This document shows positions 1 through 11,933 of a stretch of 36,730 bases of DNA, piece by piece. A model generated the notes under the pieces. The model was given only the letters and a program-made list of their open reading frames with translations, did no database searches and was not told the origin of the DNA. A program made the position numbers and the translations under genes. The DNA is from Chiloscyllium plagiosum (taxonomy: Eukaryota): the NCBI RefSeq assembly GCF_004010195.1, contig NC_057752.1:10896018-10932747 (forward strand). The letters are read 5' to 3'. How positions within the stretch are numbered: position 1 is the stretch's first letter; every line of letters starts with the position of its first letter.

Positions 1-1122
1 CAATTCTGGTCTCCTTCCTATCGGAAAGATGTTGTGAAACTTGAAAGGGTTCAGAAAAGATTTACAAGGATGTTAGACCATAAGACTTAGGAGTGGAAAT
101 AAGGCCGTTCGGCCCATCGAGTCCACTCCGCCATTCAATCATGGCTGATGGGCATTTCAACTCCACTTACCCGCATTCTCCCTGTAGCCCTTAATTCCTT
201 GTGACATCAAGAATTTATCAATCTCTGCCTTGAAGACATTTAGCGTCCCAGCCTCCACTGCACTCTGCGGCAATGAATTCCACAGGCCCACCACTCTCTG
301 GCTGAAGAAATGTCTCCGCATTTCTGATCTGAATTTTCCCCCTCAAATTCTAAGGCTGTGTCCACGGGTCCTAGTCTCCTCGCCTAACGGAAACAATTTC
401 CTAGCGTTCGCCCTCTCCAAGCCATGTATTATCTTGCAAGTTTCTATTAAATCTCCCCTTAATCTTCTAAACTCCAATGAATACAATCCCAGGATCCTCA
501 GCCGTTCCTCACATGTTAGACCTACCATTCCAGGGATCATCCGTGTGAATCTCCGCTGGAGATGCTCCAGTGCCAGTATGTCCTTCCTGAGGTGTGAGGA
601 CCAAAAGTGGAAACAGTACTCCAAATGGGGCCTAACCAGAGCTTTATAAAGTCTCAGTAGCACAACGGTGCTTTTATGTTGCCAGGGTTGGAGGTTCTGT
701 GCTATAGGGAGAGGCTGAACAGGCTGGGGCTGTTTTCCCTGGAGAGTCAGAGGCTGAGGGGTGACCTTATAGAGGTTTACAAAATTATGAGGGGCACAAA
801 GTCTTTTCCCTGGGGTGGGAGAGTCCAGAACTCGAGGGCATAGGTTTAGGGTGAGAGGGGAAAGATACAAGAGAGACCTACGGGGCAACTTTTTCACGCA
901 GAGGGTGGTACGTGTATGGAATGTGCTGCCAGAGGATGTGGTGGAGGCTGGTACAATTGCACCATTTAAGAGGCGTTTGGATGGGTATATGAATAGGAAG
1001 GGTTTGGAGGGATATGGGCTGGGTGCTGGCAGGTGGGACTAGGTTGGGTTGGGATATCTGGTCGGCATGGACGGGTTGGACCGAAGGGTCTGTTTCCATG
1101 CTATACATCTCTATGACTATGA
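1..1122 (+). mobile_element. CR1 (HER1-like) LINE 3' part, interrupted at 75-675
   Basis: ORF2 C-terminal peptides (QFWSP..RKDVVKLERVQKRFTRM; ..ESRTRGHRFRVRGERYKRDLRGNFFTQRVVRVWN) and the 3' tail ctgtttccatgctatacatctctatgactatga. The sequence resumes at 681 exactly where it broke at 74. Confidence 0.92.
75..675 (-). mobile_element. 5'-truncated CR1-group LINE of a second family, nested in HER1
   Basis: Minus ORF LYKALVRPHLEYCFHFWSSHLRKDILALEHLQRRFTRMIPG; different 3' UTR. Flanked by ATGTT at 70-74 and 676-680 (candidate TSD). Confidence 0.9.
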
Positions 1123-1234
1123 TAAGATCAAACGTACTCAGCTAATAATTAAACAACATGCCGGCCATAGGCAAGTTTGTCAGAAGTGGAAGGAGAAATA
1201 TTTGCATTTCAGATTCTAATTGGTATCCTGTTCA

Positions 1235-1548
1235 TTTTTTTTTTAAAACGGATTCATAGGAGACCCGCGTCACTGTACAGAGGCAGGGATAGCAGTAGGT
1301 GTACATACATAATTTTTGGCCATCCCTAATCAGCCAGAGGACAGTTAAATGACAACATGTGGGCGACACCAGGTAAGACATCAGTGAACCGGATGGGTTT
1401 TTACAACATTCAACAATGGTTGCATGGTCACTGGACTTTTAATTAAAGGTTTTTATGGAATTCCAATCCCATTTGAACCCAGGTTCCCAAACAGTAACTA
1501 CTTCTCTGGATTACTTGTCCAGCAACGATACCACGATGTTATCACCTC
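1235..1548 (-). mobile_element. Degenerate tRNA-derived SINE
   Basis: Minus strand has A-box-like gtggtat and B-box-like gggttcaaat near the 5' end, and an A-rich tail at ~1235-1244. The 3' part (ttagggatggcc..) resembles the LINE tail at ~6970-7030. Confidence 0.6.
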
Positions 1549-1586
1549 TCAATGTTTTCAGTGTTCAATGAAATGGCTGGTTTTAG

Positions 1587-1726
1587 CTGAAGATGGTACA
1601 ATTGCAACATTTAAAAGGCATCTGGATGGGTATATGAATAGGAAAGGATATGGGTCATGGATACCTGGTCGGTACGGAGGAGTTGGAGCAAAAAGAGGTC
1701 TGTTTCCATGCTGTGTATTTCTATGA
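1587..1726 (+). mobile_element. HER1/CR1 3' end fragment
   Basis: GTIATFKRHLDGYMNRKG plus the tail, as in the copy at 950-1120. Confidence 0.85.
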
Positions 1727-2659
1727 CAAAATACACAAAATCAACTGATAAATTTCAACTACTCCAGTAAGTCTTTGCAACACTAGCCGCTATCAGTTCT
1801 GCACCTGATTGTTTCCATTCACCAAGCTTCGTTCATTCTTTTCAGCCATCCGATTATATCCTACATTTCTGTTTTTGTCCCACCATTCCCAAATAAGGGT
1901 TTCGTCACTCCAGTCAGCTGCAAATCTTCCCATGCAACGACACTGAATCTAGTCAGTGAAATCACATTTTCAAACATTGTTCCATTGCAGGTGTGTGCGC
2001 ACGTGGGGTGGGGGTGGTGGCTGTCAGTTCACGTAGATAGCAAGCTCTTTATTGAACGTGTCTTTGGGAATTCTGTTGTTATCGATTTGGCTCACTGGAT
2101 TCAACCAATAGAGTTGTCGCTCATTGAAGATACGAGTGACTAATATGCTGAGGATGCAAGCCTAGTGCATGCAGAGTTTTGTATGTTTGGTTAGTTTGCC
2201 TTGGTAACTTTGACTCAAGCTCTTGACAATCCTGGTGCTGATTTGGCATCAAGGGAGTGGTTGCCAGTAATTGTTGATCCAAGATCCAAGAGAAAAAATG
2301 GGAAGTTCTTCTCCAACTGCAGAAGATCATCTAACCCAAGGGACCAGAACAATCAGATGGTAGATTCCCCAAATGACTCAGCTACTACCAACACAATTAT
2401 GATGGGGAACTCTTGGAAACCTGACTGGCTCTTAGCTGAATGTTTGAAAGACAAAGTCTCCTGATGCCCCTTTACAACTGTGGGAAAGTCACTAAAAGCC
2501 CAAGGCAATCAGTATGGACTGCATCAAAACCATTTTGGATTTAGACACCCTCATTTGAGATGATAATTGAGAATGGCAAACGCTCACACTCTAAATATAT
2601 TGAAACAGTACCGGCAAAAGCAAAAATTAGCCCTCTGATTCAAGTACCTATTAGGAACA

Positions 2660-3200
2660 GTTCAAGACAATCAGTATAGCCTTATTGGGGGAGATCACGG
2701 GTGACAAAGTTGACTGAACTTTGAGGTGGTGACTAGGTTTTGTGGATGAGGGAGTACAGTTGATGTAGTCTACCTGGACTTCGTTAAGGCTTTTGACAAG
2801 ATGTCACCCTCTGCTGAAGAAGGTAACAGTCCTTGGGATTCATGGCAATTCAGCAAATTGGATCGAAAATTGGCATTTTTGGCAAGAGGCAGAGGGTAAT
2901 AGCAGAAGATTGTTTGTGTGATTGGAAGCCTGTGTCCAGTGTAGTAACCCAGGTTCAATTCTGGATCACTTGCTGTGTGTACTGTACATCAATGACCTAA
3001 GCATAGGTATATGTGGTTTTATCACAAAGTTCATGGATGACAAAAATTAGTTGTATGGTTAATAGAGAGGAAAACTTAGATTACAGGGCAACAGATTACA
3101 GGCTGGTCAGAAAATAACAAGTGGAAACTGTGAAGTAATGCATTTTGAGAGGACTAACAAGCATACATTGAATGGCAGGACCTAAGGAAGTACATACAGT
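2660..3200 (+). mobile_element. Old CR1 RT fragment
   Basis: Decayed VDVVYLDFVKAFDK and YIND..KF.DD motifs, with many indels. Confidence 0.75.
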
Positions 3201-3858
3201 CAGAGGAAATGGGGGCTTTACTGATGGGATGACCTTCATCTGAACTGTGCTGAGACTAGTGTCCTGGTGAGTTGTAAACAGTCTAGAGGGCTTTCAACTA
3301 AATCGCTGAGGGCTAGGGAAGATTCAAGTAAGCGTATGGCATGATAAACTGAAAGAGAGGACTAAGCAAGTGAGCAAGGTTGCAATAAAGGAAATGATAA
3401 TTAAATCAAGGCAGGATGGTGCAGAACATATAAATAAGGCTAGAGGTTGCAAAACCAGTAAAAAGACAGTGTTAAAGGTCCTGCACCTGAATGCTTGTTG
3501 CATTTGTAACAAAATGGATAAATTGACAGCTCAAATAGAAATAAATACATTTGATCTGATCGCCACGACACAAACATGACTACAGTACAACTAAAGCTGG
3601 GACCCACATATTCAATGACACGACATGTTGGGAAAACAAAAAGCTATGAAAAGGTAAGAGAGGTTGCTTTGGTAAATGAAGTATGACATCAGTACAATAG
3701 AGAGAGATGAACTACGATCAAAATGTAGAATCAATTTAAGTAAACATAAGAAATGGTGAAGAAGTGATCTGTGTGACGAGTTTATTGTTTCCCCCCCTTC
3801 CCCACCAACTGTAAAATAGAGGAAACAAGGAACTGTAACTGGGCTCGAGAAAGGCATA

Positions 3859-4049
3859 CAGGGAATTTACAAACATCCATCTTGCGAACGTGATCTCATA
3901 CAGGAGTGCAATCTTAAAGATCGGACACATCTTTATCATACATACGAATAACTCTTTTATATCATCCTGCATTGCGTTCCAACCTGCGTATAGACCTGCT
4001 TACGAACATACTCCAGAACGGAACCCATTCACAACTTGGAGACTGCCCA
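3859..4049 (-). mobile_element. TcMar-Tigger-like MITE
   Basis: Flanked by TA (3857-58, 4050-51). One end reads gggcagtctccaagttgtgaatgggttccgttc on minus, like Tigger CAGGCAGTCCCC..TTACGAA termini. The other end is the decayed counterpart cagggaatttacaaacatcc. Confidence 0.6.
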
Positions 4050-4342
4050 TACTGATAATCGTGGCTGAGTTTTATCTATATATAATGACTAGATAAATCA
4101 GACTAGCAAAGGTAACCTGGAAGAGGAGTTCATCAAGTGTTGTTAGCATGGATTCTTAAAGTGAAACAGTGTAAAGTCAACCAGAGAGAGAAGGCTACTT
4201 TAGATCTGGTAATGTGCAACGAGGCAGGATTAAAGGACCTCATAGTAAAAGGGCCCATAGGGAGCAGTGAACATAACACAATTTTGCATTCAATTTGCAG
4301 GAAAGAAGAGTGGACCCAAGATGAGTCTTTCAGACTTTTAAA

Positions 4343-4709
4343 TAGAGTCATAGAGATGTACAGCACGGAAACAGACCCTTCAGTCCACCTCGTCCATGCT
4401 GACCAGATATCCTAAATTAATCTAGTCCCATTTGCCAGCACTTGGCCCATATCCCTCTAAACCCTTCCTATTCATTTTTCCATCCAGATGCCTTTTAAAT
4501 GTTGTATTGTACCGGCCTCCACCACTTCCTCTGGCAGCTCATTCTATACACGCACCACCCTCTGTATGAAAAAGTTGTCCTTAGGTCCCCTTTAAATCTT
4601 ACCCCTCTCACCCTAAACCTATTCCCTCAAATTCTGGACTCCCCTACCTCATGGAAAAGACTTTGTCTACTTACCCAATCCATTCCCCTAATGATTATGT
4701 AAACCTCTA
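4343..4709 (-). mobile_element. HER1/CR1 3' fragment
   Basis: Reverse complement of the HER1 tail (agagtcatagagatgtacagcacggaaacagaccc). Confidence 0.9.
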
Positions 4710-4761
4710 CACACACACACACGCGCACGCACACACGCACGCGCGCACACACACACACACA
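4709..4761. repeat. (CA)n/(CG) microsatellite
   Basis: Alternating purine-pyrimidine run seen directly. Confidence 0.95.
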
Positions 4762-6967
4762 GAAAGAGACCGCTAAACTGAACTCAAATTATTTTAAGGG
4801 ACAGATCAGGAGAAATGTATTGGCAAACATTTAAGGTGATATTTCAGAACACTCAATGATAAAATTCCACAAAGACGGAAGGACATTCCATCTGTACTTA
4901 ACAGAGAAAGCTATAGATTGCATCAAATTGAGAGGAAAAGCATGGTATTCTGAGAAAATTAAGACACACTGAAGAATGGGAGAAAACTAGCTTAAAAATC
5001 AAATATACCTATGAATCTATATTGGTATTTGAAAAATAAAAAAAAATTGAACATTTGTCCTCCAAACAGAGAAAAGGAGAGTGCACAAGCAAAAGAGGGG
5101 GGAGTGAGGAGTGAGAGTGAGGGAAATAGCAGTTGAATTGAACAGATATTTTGCATTTATCTTTATTCTACAGGATACAAACGGCTTCCCTGAAACTGTA
5201 AAACAAGAGGTGAAAAGGAGTGAAGAACATAAGAAATTACATTCACCAGTGAAAGGGGACTGCGAAAATTGAGGATTAATAGCTGACAAGTCGACAGGTC
5301 CTGATGAACTTCATACTAATATCTTAAAACAAGAGGCTGCTGAGCGAGTAGGTGCACTGATTTTAATTTTCCAACATTCCCTCAATCCTAGAAAGGTCCC
5401 ATCAGATTTGAAAACAGTAAATGTAATGCCTTTATTAAAGAAAGGAGAGAGACAAAAGTAAGAAACTATAATAATTAAAGCAGTCCACTTCACAACTGTA
5501 ATTGGGAAAATGCAGGAGGTGATATGAGATACTTAGAAAATCTCAATGCAATCAGGCAAAGTCAACATAGTTTCGTAAAAAGGAAATCATGTTTGATTAA
5601 ATTTTATTCAGAGTTCTTTGAGGAAATAATAATTAAGTGGATAAAGGGGAACCTGCGCACCTGGATTTCCAAAATGCATTGTAGATATGCCAAAAGATTG
5701 TGACGCAAAGGTCCATGGTGGGGTAGGTGACATAATAGCATGGATTGAGGATTGGATAGCTAACGGGAAAACAGATTGATATAACTCAGTCATTTTCAGG
5801 GTGGCAAAATGTAATGAGTGATGGGCACAGGAATCAGTGCTGAGGCCTTACTATTTACAATCTGTATCAATGACTGGATGAAGGAACCGACTACATAGTT
5901 ACCAAATTTGCTGATGACAAGGACAGGTAAATTATGAAGAGCACATAAGGAGTCTACAAAGGGATATAGGTAGGTTAAGTAAGTGGGCAAGGAAATTGGC
6001 AGAGAGAATAAAACATAGGAATGTATGAGTTTGTCCATTTTGGCATGAAGAATAGAAAAGCAGCATATTATTTACATGGAGAGAGATTGCAGATCTTTGT
6101 CCTGTACATGAAAAGTTAGTATGCAGGCATAGCAAGTGATTGTGGAAATAAAGTTAACTTTGTCATTTCTTGCACAAGGAATGCATAAAAATAAGAATAC
6201 TTTGTTACAGTTATATAGGGTGTTGGTGAGACCAAATCTATATTACTGTATTCAGTACTAGGTTCCTTATTTAAGAAAGGACATTACACCAGAAGCAACC
6301 CAGGGTAGGTTCATGTTATTGAAACCCAAGATGAAGGGGCGACCTTATGAGGAAAGGTTAGACATTTGAACCCATAACAATTTGAGTTTAGAAAATAGGA
6401 GGGGTAAGCTTATTGATCCCTTGAGGACTTGACAGGGTGGTGTTGGAAGTAAGTTTCTCTTTGTGAGAGAAATGAGAACGAGGGTATTATTTAAACACAA
6501 GACAGAGACAAAGAAAAATTTGTTCTTGGTGTCATGAGTCTATAGAATTATCTTCCCCAGACAGTGAAGGAGGTAAGGTCATTGAATATCTTTAAAGGAA
6601 GAGGTAGACAGATTCTTGACTATGAAAGGTATAACAAGTGGGCAGCAGACGGGAGTTAAATCTACAGTCAGATCAGTCATGATTTTACTGAAAAGTAGAG
6701 CAGGCTCAGGAGCCAAAAGACACAATTATATTTGTATGTTTGCGTGGTTGCAGGATCTTCTCGTAATTAAATTAGTTGCTGTGTTTTTCTAAACTACATC
6801 AATGTCTGTACTTCAAAACCATTTCATTAGCTACCAACAGCTTCAGAACATTGTGGAGATGAAAGATGTGACATAAATGCATGTTCGTTTGAACAAAATG
6901 AACACAACTATGCCTCAAGCCCTTTGGTGTGCATGGAACTCTGAAGAATGATCACTGGTCATTTGGC

Positions 6968-7487
6968 TTTTTTTTTTAAATTCACTCATGGGAATCACTG
7001 GCAAGGCCAGTATTTATTGACCCCCATCCCTTCTTGTCTTTGAGAAGGTGGGGGTGAGCTGCATTCTTGAACTGCTGCAGTCCATGTGCTGTAGGTTGAC
7101 CCACAATGTCGTTAAGGAGGGAATTCCAGGGTTTTGACCCAGCGACAGTGAAGTAACAACGATACATCTCCAAGTCAGGATTGTGTGTGGCTTAGAGGGG
7201 AACTTGCAGGGGATGGTGTCCCCTTGTATCTGTTGCACTTGTCCTTCGAGATGCAAGTGGTCATGCATTTGGAAGGTGCTCAGGAGCTTTTGTGAATTTC
7301 TGCAGTGCATCTTGTAAATGGTACACACTGCTGCTACTTAGTGTTGATGGCGGTGGAGGGAGTGGATGCTTGTAGATGTGTGCCAATCAAGCGGGCTGCT
7401 TTGTCCTGGATGGTGTCAAGTTTCTGGAGTGTTATTGGAGCTGCACCCATCCAGGCAAGTGGAGTGTATTCCAGCATACTCCTGACT
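6968..7487 (-). mobile_element. 3' end of a poly(A)-tailed CR1/L2-group LINE (family B)
   Basis: Minus peptide FTVAGSKPWNSLLNDIVGQPTAHGLQQFKNAAH, followed by AATAAA and an A tail. Confidence 0.8.
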
Positions 7488-7491
7488 TTTA

Positions 7492-8163
7492 AGCATACAG
7501 CAAGGAAACAGGCCTTTCAGCCCAACTCATCCATGCGGCCAGATATCCTAAACTAAATTCGTCCCATTTGGGCGTGTTTAGCCCATATCCCTCTAAACCT
7601 TTCCTATTCACGTACCTTCCAAATGTCTTTTAAATGTTGTAATTGTACCTGCCTTGAGTACTTCTGCTGGCAACTCGGCCCATGTACCCACCAACCTGTG
7701 AAAAAGCTGCCCCTCAAGTTCCTTTTAAATCTTTCCCCTCTCACCTTAAACCTATGCCCTCTAGTTTTCAATTCCCTTACTGAAATATCTGATTGCCTGT
7801 CACAAATTCACAGTACATAGGCTCTGACCAGCAAGTTCAGAACCAAGTCTGAGAAATGAGGTAACTCTTTGAACCTCCTGCTTATTTTATCCTTTTTTTG
7901 TGTCTTCATTTATTCCCATAGCCTATGGAGACCTCCTGAATCTACTGTTCATATATGTCAGCCAAGGCTCCCTAATGGCTACGGTTAAAAACCCCAATCA
8001 AGGATCTCAATGAGATCCACCTAACCCTTATTCTAATCACTACACAACCCTTGGGAAACAACTTTGGCCATTCACCTTATCTGTGCTCCTCATGATTTTA
8101 TAAACCTCTATAAAAGGTCACCCCTCAGCCTCCTATACTCCCAGGGAAAAGAATTTCCAGCCT
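7492..8163 (-). mobile_element. HER1-like 3' fragment split by an insertion at ~7781-8044
   Basis: HER1 tail similarity at 7492-7780 continues at 8046-8163. Confidence 0.75.
7940..8044 (-). mobile_element. Gypsy LTR 5' half
   Basis: Matches 23325-23437 (tgtcagccaaggctccct..cccc.atca.gga..tgag.tcca..aatcactaca). Begins TGTAGTGATT on minus. Confidence 0.75.
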
Positions 8164-8164
8164 C

Positions 8165-8350
8165 TTACGTACCCTGTAAATGGTGGATAAACTTGGGGAA
8201 CTCGGGAGTGGAGTTACTCGTCACGGTATTCCTAACCTTTGATTTACTCTGGTAGCCACTGTGTTTATGTGAGGAATCCAGTTGAGTTTCTGGTCAATGG
8301 TCAGTGGGGGAATTCAGTGATGGTAACATGACTGAATGTCAGAGGGTATT
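8165..8350 (-). mobile_element. Family B LINE fragment
   Basis: Resembles the post-RT region of family B (ccagttgagtttctggtcaatggt..gaattcagtgatggta). Confidence 0.55.
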
Positions 8351-8380
8351 GTCTCTTTTGTCTCTTCAGCAAGGACATAC

Positions 8381-8401
8381 ATGGATTCAGAGTCATAAAA
8401 A
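8381..8401 (-). other. Candidate 21-nt microexon
   Basis: Minus: ttctttggtcttttttggtattgcAG|TTTTTATGACTCTGAATCCAT|GTATGT. Lies in a short non-repeat island downstream of the promoter. Confidence 0.35.
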
Positions 8402-8527
8402 CTGCAATACCAAAAAAGACCAAAGAACATTATTTCATCTTCTGCTAACCTGGTGTGATACAGTGAGATTGAGTTGCTAATCAATGATTATCTACAATTG
8501 AGAAAGGAGAAGTTTGATCATAGGCTC

Positions 8528-10279
8528 CATAGTTTACTGTGGAGAAGGATATGGAAATTATAGAACATAAGGAAATAAATAGCGACATCTTGAAAAAACT
8601 GCCCACATCAGAGGTGGTAGTACTGGACATCTTACAACATATGAAGATGGATAAGTCACAGGACCTGATTAGGTGGACCCTAGAACTCTGTGGGAAGCTA
8701 GGGAAGTGATTGCTGGGATCCTTACCATGATACTTGTATCATCGATAGTCACAGGGGTGGTGCTGGAAGACACGAGGTTGGCTAACATCGTGCCACTATT
8801 TAAGAAAGATGGTAAGGAAAAGCCAGGGAACTTTTGATCGGTGAGCCTGACATTAGCGGTGGGCAAGTTGCTGGGAGGAGATCCTGAGGGACAGGATGTA
8901 CATATATTTGGAAAGGCAAGGACTGATTAGGGATAGTCAACATGGCTGTGTGGGGGAAATAATGTCTCACAAACTTGATTGACTTTTTTGTAGTAGTAAC
9001 AAAGTGGATTGATGAAGGCAGAGCAGTGGACTTGACCTATACGGATTTCAGTAAAGCATTCGACAAGGTTCCACATGGTAGACTGGTTAGCAAGGTTAGA
9101 TCACAAGGAATCCAGAGAGAACTATACATCTGGATACAAAACTGGCCCAAAGGGGAAGACAGAGGGTGGTGGTGGAGGATTGCTCTTCAGACTGGAGGCT
9201 TGTGACCAGTGATGTGCCACAGCGATTGGTGGTACATCCACTGCTTTTTGTCATATTCATATAAATTATTTGGATGTGAACACAGGAGGTATGGTTAGTA
9301 AGTTTGCAGATGACACCAAAAGTGGTGGTGTAATGGACAGCTAAGGTTACCTCAGAATACAATGGGACCTTAATCAGATGAACCGGTGGGTCAAGGAATG
9401 GCAGACGGAGTTTAGTTTAGACAAATGTGAGGTGCAGCATTTTGAAAAGGCAAATCAGGGCAGGACTTATACACTTAATGGTAAGATCCTGGGGAGTGTT
9501 GCTGAAGACCTTGGAATGCAGGTTCTTAGTCCCTTGAAAGTAGAGTCACAGGTAGATAGGATAGTGAAGGTGGTCCAAAAGAGAAAATGCTGGAAAATCT
9601 CAGCAGGTCTGGCAGCATCTGTAAGGAGAGAAAAGAGCTGACGTTTAGAGTCTAACTGACCCTTTGTCAAAGTGGTGTTTGGTATGCTTGCCTTTATTGA
9701 TCAGAGCATTGAATACAGGAGTTGGGAGGTCATGCGACAGCTGTACAGGAAACTGGTTAGGCCAATTTTGGAATATTGCATGCAATTCTGGTCTCCCTGC
9801 ATTCGGAAGGGTGTTAAACTTGAAAGGGTTCAGAAAAGATATCCAAAGATGTTGCTGGGGTTGGAGGGTTTGAGCTATAGAGGCTGAATAAATTGGGACT
9901 ATTTCCCCTAGAATGTCAAAGGCTGAGGGCTGACCTTAAAAGTTTATAAAATTAAGGACGTGGATAGGGTGAATAGACAAGGTCTCTTCTCTGGGACAGG
10001 GAAGTCCAGAACTAGACAGCATAGGTTTAAGCTGAGAAGGGAAAGATTTAAAATGAACTTAAGGGGCAACATTTTCATGCAGAGGGTGGTGAGTGTATAT
10101 AGAGGCTAGTATAATTGCAACATTTAAAAGGCATTTGGATGGGTATATGAATAGGAAGGTTTGCAGGGATATGGGCCAAATGCTGGCAAATGGGACTAGA
10201 TTAATTTAGGAAATCTAGTCCACTTGAATGAGTTGGACTGAATGGTCTGTTTCCAAGCTGTACAGCTCTATGACTCTAA
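8528..10279 (+). mobile_element. HER1/CR1 ORF2 RT to 3' end, pseudogenised
   Basis: DFSKAFDKVPHGRL, KFADDTK and LYRKLVRPILEYCMQFWSP; tail ctgtacagctctatgactcta. Confidence 0.92.
9575..9670 (-). mobile_element. Penelope pLTR fragment inserted in CR1
   Basis: tgctggaaaatctcagcaggtctggcagcatctg..gacgttt, shared with the PLE ends at ~12990 and ~20270. GTGGT occurs on both sides. Confidence 0.7.
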
Positions 10280-10719
10280 GCCCAGGCTTTAAACAGGAAA
10301 CCCGAACCTTCTTGGATGGAGTGATCTAAAATCGGACCAGAACACTGACCAGTTTATTGCCTGCACAAACATGTGCCACCTACACATGCAACTACCAGCC
10401 TTAACTGCACATTGAGAACGTCACCTGGGGAAGATTTCTAATCGCATCCCCACCTCATTTGAAGCCAAGATCACAGAACCTGGTACTCAGACATTTGCGG
10501 ATTACACGCAGAATTCTACTTTAGGCTGCCTCTCAAGAACACTGATGATTCCTATTTCCAATATGGAACAACCATGTGGAATGCAAGCCGTTAACAACAT
10601 GAGCCCAACAAGCAGGACCTCATGGAACTACTTCGTACTAAAACTTCATTTGACTGGTCAGTAAGGAACATGCCCCCAATGGTTTCAACATTTCTCCCCC
10701 AGTGCCCATTGCTGTGTCC

Positions 10720-11220
10720 CCGCCCACTGAAGGCCTCCCACCCTCTGGCACCCCACACTCACCGCCTCACACTGGGCTTCAGGCCGACGCCTCAGAAACT
10801 CCGCGCTCGGCGCTCGCACCACAAACCGTCCGTTGCCGATCCCCCCCCCACCCCCCCCTCCAAAAAAATAGCAACCCAAGGTTGTGTTTTCGAGAAGTGA
10901 TGAAGGAAGGAAGATAGGGAGGGAGGGGAAGGGAAAAGGACACAACTAAGGGAATGAGAAAGAAACCAAACTGCGGAAAAATAAAAAGAGAAAAAGAAAG
11001 AAAATAATCTGGCCGGCTTCGGCGCCTGCGTACTACGTCACGCTTTCCTGCCCACTCAGTGACGTCAACAGGTGCTCCGTGCTTGTGACATCACCGGTTT
11101 GTGCGTAGAGCCCCTGAGAGCCGGCGCTAGTCTCCAGGACGCCCCTTACATTGAGCGGAGGCGCGGCAGGTGTTTCACGCTCGTGTGTTGCTTCAAACGC
11201 AATTTTATTCCGTTCCGTCC
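10720..11220. promoter_or_regulatory. CpG-island promoter with CRE/ATF sites
   Basis: The only CpG-dense non-repeat stretch. TGACGTCA at 11060-11067, TACGTCA at 11034-11040, TGACATCA at 11086-11093, and NRF1-like GCGCCTGCG at 11022-11030. Confidence 0.75.
10763..10970 (-). other. Non-coding 5' exon of an unidentified minus-strand host gene
   Basis: CpG-rich unique sequence ending in the donor GCG|GTGAGT (10757-10762). Strong polypyrimidine acceptor ..ttttccgcAG at 10971-72. No ATG seen. Confidence 0.6.
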
Positions 11221-11697
11221 TGTCAATCAATGATTCTTCATTGCAACATTTGTACACCTTGGCTTCCCGTAATCCAATAGCATGGATTGACTCACCTCAG
11301 GCGTTGCCACAAACCAACAGTTTTTACTCAGGGTAGTAGTATTTGATTCCTTCGTCATTGAATGCCGAGTTTTTACTCAGTCACCAATTTTATACAGCAT
11401 TTGATATTTAATTTCATTAATTTAATTGCAATCAATGTCCCCTTGTGTGCACACATCAGACATGAACATGCATTTACTTTGTGGGTGGTTGTTGAATCCC
11501 CAGGAATGTCAAGGGGGCAGGGGAGGAGGTTGTCTCCTATTGGTGATGGTCATTGCCTGGCATTTGTGTGGTGCAAATATTATTTGCCACTTGTCAGCCC
11601 AAGCCTGGATGTTGTCCAGATCTGAGGAAGGGGTACCAGACCTGGAACATTAACTGATTCCACTCCACAGTTGCTGCCAGACCTGCTAAGCTTTTCT

Positions 11698-11933
11698 GGG
11701 AGAAAGTGAGGACTGCAGATGCTGGAGATCAGAGCTGAAAATGTGTTGCTGGAAAAGCGCAACAGGTCAGGCAGCATCCAGGGAACAGGAGAATCAACGT
11801 TTCGGGCATAATCCCTTCTTCAGGACAATTTCCTCATTCCTGAAGAAGGGATTATGCCCGAAACGTCGATTCTCCTGTTCCCTGGATGCTGCCTGACCTG
11901 CTGCGCTTTTCCAGCAACACATTTTCAGCTCTG
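11698..11933. mobile_element. Young palindromic Penelope-derived element (two inverted pLTRs)
   Basis: 96-bp arms at 11730-11825 and 11838-11933 with 2 mismatches. 15-bp duplication CTGCTAAGCTTTTCT at 11683-11697 and 11931-11945. Confidence 0.85.
11836..11872 (+). ncRNA. Minimal hammerhead ribozyme motif
   Basis: CTGAAGA (11840-46), stem II GGG-attatg-CCC, GAAAC-GTC (11860-67). A mirror copy lies on minus in the other arm. Confidence 0.65.

Larger units (their letters stand above)
3210..6742 (+). mobile_element. Old, near-complete CR1 ORF2 remnant (endonuclease-RT-3' end), split by insertions
   Basis: LKVLHLNA..I.NKMDKLTAQIEINTFDLIA (APE start), ATLDLV.CNE..GSSEHN, and RT motifs ..IND..KFADD (~5865-5920). 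Decayed 3' UTR. Many stops and frameshifts. Confidence 0.8.

Noticed and set aside
3772..4033. Solo LTR (TGTGA..TCACA ends)
   Set aside because: No TSD. Tigger-like termini with TA flanks explain the region better.
10622..10945. Short ORFs in the CpG island
   Set aside because: GC-rich, low-complexity frames with no recognisable domain; better read as UTR/intron.
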